DNA of 64,000 bases, from positions 1 to 64,000 of the forward strand of contig NW_019028998.1 in NCBI RefSeq assembly GCF_002105155.1, read 5' to 3'. This DNA is from Lobosporangium transversale. Lineage: Eukaryota. Positions 1 to 8,064 of the stretch are shown here, piece after piece. A program made the position numbers and the translations under genes. How positions within the stretch are numbered: position 1 is the stretch's first letter; the number at the start of each line of letters is the position of its first letter. Under the pieces are notes generated by a model, which was not told where the DNA came from, ran no database searches, and was given only the letters and a program-made list of their open reading frames with translations.

Positions 1-485
1 CTCTTCATCATCAAGGTCAGATTCTGGAGCGATACCATCGCTCTGACTTTCACTGCCACTATCATCTTCTTCATTCTCATCCTCATCCTCATTTATGAGT
101 TCATCAGCTTCTTCGTTCTCCTCCTCCTCGCTGTCTAGTTCAAGAACATTTTTCCTCGAAGCCTTCTTTCCTTTATATTTTGGGTCATCCATTAAGAAGT
201 TTTTAGACCGTAGTTGACTCTTTCTATGATGGACAAAACGAGAAAGCTTGTATATCAGCTTGTGTTGCTGCTCTCAATAGAATGCAATGTTTTTTGTAGC
301 CACACTTCTCGCTTAACGTACCCAACCGAGACATAGTGCTCACGGCCTGTATAATCTCTATCGAGACCATCATCGTCGCTGCCAATATTGTCATCATTGT
401 TGAGCTTATTGTTAAACGAGTCATCTCCCATATCTTCAGGATCGTAATCTAGATCATTTTAGATAAACCAATAAAGATTAAAACA

Positions 486-523
<38 letters not shown>

Positions 524-791
524 AAGAAAGAAAAAAGAAAAGCATGTAAGCATTAGGTCCAGTGTGACAGGATCAACAGCAGGTAGATTAATTAATGAAT
601 GTCTAGTGGTGACTACTTGCGTAAATATCATACCCTTTGGAGTGGTAGTGGACAGATCTGCTAACTGCTCTGCCAATGACTTCTTTATTTTAACTATAGT
701 GATATTGAAGAGTTAGACTGGTATATTATTCATCGGTATTCATGGTCATAGATGGCATTCAATACAAACATGTAATGCTTCCTGTACCCAT
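1..791 (-). CDS. BFR2: Bfr2/AATF small-subunit processome protein, 5' part (runs off window start); 4-nt first coding exon
   Basis: Spliced exons 791-788, 693-634, 448-~321 and ~223-1 (GT-AG) give MVKIKKSLAEQLADLSTTTPKDYDPED...GREHYVSVGKSQLRSKNFLMDDPKYKGKKASRK plus an acidic tract. This matches the recalled Bfr2 N-terminus (SLAxQxxD, HYxxVxKSxLR, DPKYxG). Confidence 0.88.
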
Positions 792-898
792 GCTAAAAAA
801 CTAGGTGAAAATGTGGATGAAATTTGAAGATGGCAACGCTAGCATTGTAGCCTTTTCTTTATTTTTTTTTTTTTTTTTGTTTTTTCTTTTTTAATATA

Positions 899-1068
899 CC
901 AGTCACAATGTTGAGTCACGTTGCTCCCGAGTCTGTGAAGCCCACCAGACTGGGATCCCTCACCGGATCACCGGATGATTCTGGGTGGCCACAATTGGGC
1001 GAAACTCCCTCGTCAGATGCGGTTGAAGCCCTCAAGCCCCGTCGAATTGGGTCCTCTCATTGCAGTGG
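899..1068 (-). ncRNA. Candidate structured RNA or element end (~170 nt, GC-rich, closed multi-hairpin), class unknown
   Basis: On the minus strand the 5' CCACTGCAATGAGAG pairs with the 3' CTCAACATTGTGACTGG. Internal stems are GGACCCAATT/AATTGTGGCC, TTGAG-GGC-TTCAA, TCATCCGG-TGAT-CCGGTGA and CCCAGTCTG-GTGG-GCT-TCAC-AGACTCGGG. G-U wobbles favour the minus strand. Confidence 0.45.
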
Positions 1069-1246
1069 ATAGGAATCTAAGGAAAGAGAATAGAAGGAAA
1101 AAACGCACAGTTGGAATATTTTTGACCAGAGCACAACAGACCAACATCTTGGTATACAATCAAACATGGTATATATTACACAATTCCACACTTAAGTGGA
1201 TGCAACTGCCAGCTAGGAATAAAATAATCATTACTGGCCAAAATAG

Positions 1247-1641
1247 ACGCTTGTGATCACTGCTATAACGAGACATCTTGCCACACAGGTATGACTTTTT
1301 TAAAAAAAATAAGAAAAGTTGGAAAGCCATAGAGCCTTTGCTAATAAACGACTGCCATTTGACACGCTTGGGTCAAAGCACGAGGACACTTCGCTGTAGG
1401 AGCGCACGAATTTTACACCAGCGCCCGCTGTCCCCGACCCCTCTGCGATAGCTTTTTAGAGGCGGTGTACCCTCGCTCTAAATATTGCCGGACATGTAAG
1501 GTATTCTTCGACCGTGACGCAGTAGGGGCGGAAAACATCGCAAGAATCGGTCTTGCTCAAATTGAGAGGCAAGAGAGGCCTGCAAAGTACAAGCCCACGG
1601 AAGAGTCGCCTGCTCCGGCTGCAAAGCGCGCACGACGCTAG
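1247..1641 (+). pseudogene. Fanzor/TnpB-family RNA-guided nuclease, 5'-truncated C-terminal remnant (transposon-derived)
   Basis: The open frame 1372-1641 reads VKARGHFAVGAHEFYTSARCPRPLCDSFLEAVYPRSKYCRTCKVFFDRDAVGAENIARIGLAQIERQERPAKYKPTEESPAPAAKRARR*. It has ExxTSxxC, CPxxxC...CxxC, DRDxxxAxNI and a terminal RP motif. An upstream mini-exon (ITRHLATQ) ends at donor GTATGA (1289); branch GCTAAT at 1340; the acceptor reads CTTGG instead of CTTAG at 1367-1371. No ATG or RuvC-I is present. Confidence 0.8.
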
Positions 1642-1880
1642 ACACAAGTATTTGGGTGCTGGCACACCCACAAAAAATTTGTAAGTTCTGTTTATTTTCG
1701 TCTCCTGTATCCATCCTCTCTAATCTTTTGCCCCTGAATTTCTGGACTAACTTTAAAAACCGTACAGATCAACAGATAAAGAATCTGCTGCATCGCCCCA
1801 CATGACGGTTCGAAAAGATTGATGTTGATACACAGCCTAAATCGGCTATTATTCAGACCTTGATGCATTGTACAAGGTCC
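1642..1880 (+). ncRNA. Candidate Fanzor omegaRNA / element right-end region
   Basis: Lies directly 3' of the Fanzor stop. Hairpin TGGGTG-CTGGCA-CACCCA (1653-1670) sits inside ACAAG/TTTGT; further stems are AGCC/GGCT (~1834-1847) and GACCTTG/CAAGGTC (1856-1879). The position is where TnpB/Fanzor omegaRNAs occur; boundaries are unknown. Confidence 0.4.
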
Positions 1881-2144
1881 CAAATTAATTTGTTGGTTTG
1901 CTCTAATGATGTTGAAGGTTTATTTAGTCTATTCTACTTTAAGCCCTTATTCATATTAATTCTAATGCAGTGACAAGTGCAGAGTAGCTAAAAGTGAAAA
2001 AATATATTTTACCTCTTTTCTCCTCAAGGCTCAAGCCCAATAATGAATTCATAATAGAATTAAATTCTTTGTTCCTATTAGACTTGGACAAGGGACAGAA
2101 CGAGGCTCCAATGAGATGCTTTATGACTGACACAGTTTAGACGT

Positions 2145-2223
2145 GGTAACGCACAAAAAGAGACTTTTTTTTTTTTGATAACAAGGACCCACGAGGTCAT
2201 GTAGGTAACGCACAAAAAGAGAC
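2145..2223 (-). mobile_element. Minute 5'-truncated retro-insertion (27 nt + A12) with 20-bp target-site duplication
   Basis: The perfect direct repeat GGTAACGCACAAAAAGAGAC at 2145-2164 and 2204-2223 flanks T12 followed by GATAACAAGGACCCACGAGGTCATGTA. Confidence 0.6.
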
Positions 2224-2654
2224 GAGGAGCCGAATATGTGTGCCACAATACGTTACTCATTGCCTAAAGGATTTCTTTGTTACACCGCATGCAGAGGGAG
2301 CAATCGCTCAAAAACAGTGTGGTTCGTGCCCCAATTGTTTGTTGACAATTTGTTGTGTGATCTGCTTGATTTCATCTTTATCTTCACCCATTGGGAAATG
2401 AGAAATAACAGATGATATCCTTCTATACAGCTACCAATTTTCCTTCTTGTGCTTGACAAGGCACCATGATGCTTCCTTTGCCGCCGTTTTTACAAATTGG
2501 TTTCATTTTAGATTGTACAAAATAAAAGGTATTTGATACACATATTACCCAATCAATGCTTTGGAATCACGTCCTTCTGACCGCTTTCAATGCCGCTCTT
2601 CCCTTTGTCCCTTCATCCCCTCATCCCTTCTTGGAAAGTGCCTTCGAAAACAAA

Positions 2655-3054
2655 TATAAAAAGGGCGGATCCTAGTTTCTTCCTTTTCCTCTTTGATCTC
2701 TTCGACCATCAGTCTCCTCAAACAAGATGAAAAGTAAGCAACACTCCCAAACATTCATTTCTACTAAAGCCCCCAGCTCCCTCGCTAACCTTAGGTTGTA
2801 AACGGCACGAATCCCTCCCTAAACCAAGCGGAGTATGATGGGTTGCGCCAGCTCCATGAGCAATGGTACACCTATGGATAGTGACGCCTGACTTAATAGA
2901 GCGCGATCTGCCAGACCACCCCGTGGTATGCTCCGGACAACATCTTAGGGGAGTGTTATTGATGATAAAGGAATAGCACTCCCCAAGTTAGCTAAGAGTC
3001 TGACTTCTTGTAGCTTAGGATGTAGTTTGGTAAGCTAGGCAGCCAACAAATAAA
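2655..3054 (+). ncRNA. Candidate spliced, structured Pol II non-coding RNA (or micropeptide mRNA)
   Basis: TATAAAA at 2655, CT-rich leader, intron GTAAGC(2734)...GCTAAC...TTAG(2794) and AATAAA at 3049. Stems are 2829-2837/2927-2935, 2840-2848/2901-2909, 2948-2960/2972-2984 and 2941-2948/3015-3022, all with G-U wobbles on +. The spliced ORF is only 16 aa. Confidence 0.55.
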
Positions 3055-3582
3055 AGTTCTTAATAAAAATAGTAGAACAATATATATAATAGTAGTGATG
3101 CTTCGATTCAAAGGACAAGTACCACATCCCTCATCAGATCCTTCAATAAGTGTAAGTGAATGGAATGATAATAGTTGGAAAAAAAGATCGTGAATTCGAA
3201 CCGGGTGACTTTTGTGCAATGCAAACTGAAATTGTTACTTGTGTGTGTAAATTGCATTAGTGGGAGGAATGAAGACGGCCGTGATGAAAAGGCTCACGAT
3301 AAAACATGGGACGAGTATTCGGTAGCATGGTGCTTGCTTGAGCTCTTTTTCGACTTTGAAAGTGGTGGGCTATCGAAGCTACTTTAAAATAAAAAGAGGG
3401 CGATGTGTACAACGTAGGAAAACTTTGATCTTAGCGAGATCTCAATGAGCGTAAACGTTGATCTCAGTGACCACTGTAAAAAATTTTTTTGCGGGGAACA
3501 CCTTTTTAGGAAGAAACGAAATGTCTCAAGATCTTTTTCTTTCCCACTTCTCATTCTTTCAGCTGTCATACATTCTCACATA

Positions 3583-4938
3583 ATGTCCTGCAAAGTAGTT
3601 CTCGCTCAGTCAATCTCGGCTTCGTACAGGTGCGTCAATAGAAAGGCCTTGAGTTATGTTATAGGCTCAATAAAAAGGAATGATTGTCGATCGCCCCAAA
3701 AATTCATGCAGGCTCATTGCATCACCATTTATGTTGAATCATTATTACAGAGAAGAACTCAAGAATATTATCAAGAGCCGCAACATCCGACCAAAACTTG
3801 TGGGATTTCTGGCCAATGATGATCCTGCTGCTGTAATGTACGCTGAGTGGACTGCAAAGACTTGTGCCGAGACGGGCGTTGAATTTGAACTGAGAAAATG
3901 CTCCAGAAACGTTCTTGAAGAAAAAATTATTGAGGCTAATCAGGATGTCAATGTCCACGGAATCATGGTTTATTATCCTGTTTTTGGCGATCGTCAGGTG
4001 AGGAAGAAGACATAGACGCACACATGCAGACACGCACATATTCGAATCAACGCTTTAAATAATGTGATCTGACTGAGATATTTTGTAATCTATATTCTTT
4101 TCTTTCCTTTTTTAGGATCAATATTTGCAAAATGTTGTTGATGTGAGTAAAGATGTCGAAGGTCTCCATCACAAATACGTCTACAACATGTATCATAACA
4201 TTCGTTTCTTAGACGAAGCCAAGACAAAGAAATGTATCATTCCTTGCACGCCCTTGGGTTTGGTCAAAGTTATGGAGTATGTCGGAGTTTACAACGGAAT
4301 CCTTCCTTACGGTAATCGCCTTCACGGAAGAATCGTCACTGTTATCAATCGCTCTGAGATTGTTGGCCGTCCCCTAGCGGCCTTGCTTGCCAACGACGGT
4401 GCCAAAGTCTATTCCGTCGACATCAATGGCATTCAGGAGTTCCATCGTGGTGTTGGTCTTCAGCTGAAGAAACACGAGGTAACGTGCCATGACCTTTCAG
4501 CTCTACAATCTTTGAGTCATTATTTCGTTGCTATAGGGTACAGACCCAATAACATGTCTATAGACAATGACTCATGAATTGGGCTGTTTATCTGTCATAA
4601 CCATCTTTTTGTTTTTATCTTTGATACATGTAATTGAATGTACTGTGCGTAATGAATAGGTCAGTGAAACGACGTTGAAACTTGAGGACGTCCTCCCTCT
4701 TTCTGATGTAGTCATCACTGGTGTCCCTTCACCTGCATACAAAGTTCCTTCACACTTGATCCGTGATGGTGCTGTTTGTATCAACTTCTCTACCTTCAAG
4801 AATTTTGACGGTGATGAGATCAAGAAAAAGGCTGCTATTTACGTCCCATCTGTGGGCAAGGTTACTGTAGCCATGTTGGAACGTAACCTTGTCCGCCTTT
4901 ACGACTATCAAACCCAAAGCCAAGCCGCCAATGCCTAA
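3583..4938 (+). CDS. MTD1: NAD-dependent methylenetetrahydrofolate dehydrogenase
   Basis: Exons 3583-3629, 3751-3997, 4116-4478, 4660-4938. Motifs LVGFLANDDPAAVMYAEWT, GIMVYYPVF, KDVEGL, PCTPL and NRSEIVGRPLAALLANDGA are typical of Mtd1. Confidence 0.95.
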
Positions 4939-4957
4939 TTTCTTTACCCCTAGGCCG

Positions 4958-4990
4958 TATCATATCATTATATCATATCATATCATGTCA
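4958..4990. repeat. Imperfect (ATATC)n pentamer repeat in the MTD1 3' UTR
   Basis: Sequence reads tatcatatcattatatcatatcatatcatgtca. Confidence 0.7.
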
Positions 4991-7282
4991 TATTATCTGC
5001 ATGCACTAGAATGTAATAAAATATATTAAATTCCAGTGAGTTATCTTGGATAAATTAATCTAAATATTTGTCATTGTTTCTCTAGGATACTCCATAATAG
5101 TGCTTAATGTATCTTTTAGACAGTATATCTTATAAACTATCCTGATCAAAGTCCTCTGTATTATCTGTGGGACTGCAAATAGTATCGAGGCTTTCGTGCC
5201 TCATAGCAGCATGTTCGAAGCAACCTTACATGGTTTCAACTTTCAACCTGTCCTGTCTTTAAGCACCACTTCAGCTCATAATTTCCAAAACCCCCGCTCT
5301 TCTTGGGCTAGAACGCATCAACTGATACCCTTTCTGTAGAATTGATAAAGCAATTATTATATGTCTATAAGAAAGAAAGCAATTTTTTTTTCTTTTCACC
5401 CGGAGGCTACCCCCCCCCCCGAGTGAGGGCCTCCAGCTCGGTTACGTCGTACGCAGGGCATGACGAATATCGCTGGTTCGACGATGACTTAAACTGATTG
5501 GGATGAGGGTATGGGTGAGGCGAATGGGGAATAAGGTAGAGGGAGAACAGACATTTATATTTTCAATGTATAGTGCGGGCTTGAACGCTTCCTTATTTAA
5601 AAAGCATGCCTTACCAATGTGAAATGGCTACTTATTCCATTTACTCTAGCAAGTCAAAGGGTACTCTACTGAATGGACTGAGACGATCAGGCGTTGCATT
5701 TGAGTATCATAGGATGGAAGGTGAGAGCTCTTGATAGCGCCTTCCTTCGAAGGAATACTTGATGCCTTCCACGTTGCTTTGGCATACCACCAAGGAATAT
5801 TCGTGCAACCCCCATTTCATAGTAAAATGACGAGAGTGGCGATTTGCTTGGAGGCAATGGTCCTTGATACCCTCTTTGCATTATAGTTGTAAGGTTCGTT
5901 CTCTTGGGATCGGTACCAACACGCGGGCTGGCTATTTGTACACTAAGAAGTTGAAATCACTTTGTCTCCACAGTGTGCTAGAAGGATGTGTAGAAATTTG
6001 TGATGTCTCAAATGAACACGTGCATACTGTCCATCCAAGTAGGTCCTTTAAAATAAAAAAATTGCTCACATCCGTGAATGATGGTAGTGGAGTTCTCACG
6101 TTTGAGTAGCAGTCGTCCAGACCTTCCTAGGTTTTTGTTGCAGTGCCATGATTGTATGGTATGTCTAGAGCAGCATTCCCTTTGGTGGAAGCCACGCCAT
6201 GAAGACAGTGCATGTACTCTTTTTACACCATAAAATATAGGACCGAAGTTGTGTTGTTAAAGCTTGTCCCCTAATACTTTCGTATGAAATCGTAACTCGA
6301 AAGCTGTTGTTGACCTTGTTGATGTTGTTGTTATTACGATACCCTTCAGTCCTGAGGTAGTGCTTTATGACAGTGTTATAGATGAAGATGCCTTTAGCTG
6401 AAGAAGTATTGGTAGGATCTATACTAGAGGAGGTGGGGGCGCTGGTGAGATAGGATTTGGTAGGAGCAGCAGCAGAAGAAAAACAGTTTGGCTTTCTTAA
6501 CAACGGTGGGTGTTGTGGTGTGCACCATGATGAGAAGAACATGGTGAACGCCCAAGCGCGTTTGATACTATGGAGAGTATTTCACAGGCACTAGACAATC
6601 AACTATTCATGATTGGCCAATGGTAATTATCCTTTTCTCAGACAAGTTCCAACTTGAAAATTAGGAACTAAATGAGAAGACTCTATATCGTCTGCTCCAT
6701 TGAGGATCTTTTTCCCACAGCACAATCCTTACTAGTTACTTGTAGCGATTGTCATCCAAACTATATGCATGGGACAGGTGCTTAGAGTAGGGGATGGGTT
6801 AATATATTCATAAGGAAAGCTATCATAATTTTTTTGCCAGAATGATCACATTAGAGCCAGACTTTCACTCAAAGAAAAAAAGCCATCATCAACTGGACTT
6901 AAAACTAATAATCAAGTGTCTACAATTTCTTTGCAAGCCTTCAATCATGTTGTATTGATTTGAATGAAAGCGTCTACTAACGAATTGCTATGTATTCGAG
7001 CAATTGCGAATGCCAAATTAAACTATAAGTGCAACTCTTTTTTTTTTTTTAGGCGTCCATACCATCAATGCCTATAGCATTCTGCAAAAGCGAATCTCCT
7101 CATAATAACAGGCACCCTGAATGGTATAACTATATCAAAGATATGCACTGCGTGAGCTTGTCTAACTCTATTTTGCAAAACATTCATTTTATTCTCTCTA
7201 CTTCTTCAGTCTGTCAGTTGCTGTTCCGTGTTTGTAGGGTCATGATCCTTAGTATTTAATCTATAGTGTGATGTGTTGATCC

Positions 7283-7883
7283 TTAATCCTCGTATCCAGA
7301 TGGGGGATTGCGAGCACGCCTAGGCACTACCGGAATAAATAGAGAAGTACACAGTTAGTCCCAGTATATGCACGACATGATCCAGATACAAGTCTCCTCT
7401 TCTTAGGATTAACCGCCATGACATAGTATTTCTTACATGGATAAGTCTCAGGAATACGAGCTGGACTGACATAACCCATACTCTTACGGATCGGTGGGAC
7501 ACCGACGACAAGAGCCGGACCTATTGTTTGTGTAAAATGTATCAAGGTCAAGGGAATGTCAGCAAAAATTGAAAAAGAACAAAATTTGATTTTCTTCAAA
7601 CTACGGCTATTCATTACTTACCAATGGCAGCAATGACGAAGCTGACAAAGATGTAAGGGTTTTTGTCGGCAGAGCGTTTCTAGTTTAAAAGAAAGTGCAA
7701 CACTATAAGTCTTTCCGATCGAGGGGGTTGGACACACAGAAAACACTAAAAATAGCCGCCTATGACCGCCGTCGAATGGTTTGATCAAGCTGAGATGGAT
7801 TTCCAGCTTCCATCAATCCAGCACAATTCTTATTCTTTTATTCTGTCCTATCCTTAGTGACTTACAAGGTATTGAAGAACCAT
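7283..7883 (-). CDS. NADH-ubiquinone oxidoreductase 9.5 kDa accessory subunit (NI9M/NDUFA3-like)
   Basis: Four GT-AG exons give MVLQYLKRSADKNPYIFVSFVIAAIGPALVVGVPPIRKSMGYVSPARIPETYPLPRRARNPPSGYED*, with one TM helix and the IPxTYPxPxxxR..GYxD tail of fungal NI9M. Confidence 0.85.
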
Positions 7884-8064
7884 GGCAATAGAGGTGATGG
7901 AGCAGAAAAAAATAATGGTATTGTCTGGAATTTGATCGGAGCTTTCATGTCCGATATTTCCTTGCAAAACCTATTGAAACGTCATGCTTGGAAATACAGA
8001 ATGCCAAAAATATGACCCTGCATTCCATCTACCCAACATCAACCCAGAAAGTCCTTCAAAAGCT

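Noticed and set aside
1000..1016. Hammerhead ribozyme core (CGAAAC and CTGACGAG)
   Set aside because: The two half-motifs are on opposite strands, so they cannot form one core.
975..1256. 93-aa + strand ORF
   Set aside because: No recognisable motif; it spans the structured island and AT-rich spacer, so it is likely a chance ORF.
1456..1714. Minus-strand ORFs of 71 and 78 aa in the ORF track
   Set aside because: Antisense shadows of the GC-rich Fanzor remnant on the + strand.
2145..2223. CRISPR-like repeat-spacer-repeat (20-bp repeat, 39-bp spacer)
   Set aside because: Only two copies, not palindromic, the spacer begins with T12, and the context is eukaryotic with no cas genes. A target-site duplication explains it better.
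2658..2666. U11 snRNA 5' end (AAAAAGGGC)
   Set aside because: It overlaps the TATA box, and the downstream U11 stems and Sm site are absent.
2727..2990. Selenoprotein (in-frame TGA) with a SECIS element in the structured locus
   Set aside because: No ATGA..AA..GA arrangement with an 11-13 bp helix II, and the readthrough peptide resembles no selenoprotein family I know.
5142..5210. Degenerate hammerhead-like CTGATCA..GTCC..GGAC..AAA and hairpin GAGGC/GCCTC
   Set aside because: The catalytic core (CUGAnGA, GAAA) is broken at several positions; at most a relic, and not supportable.
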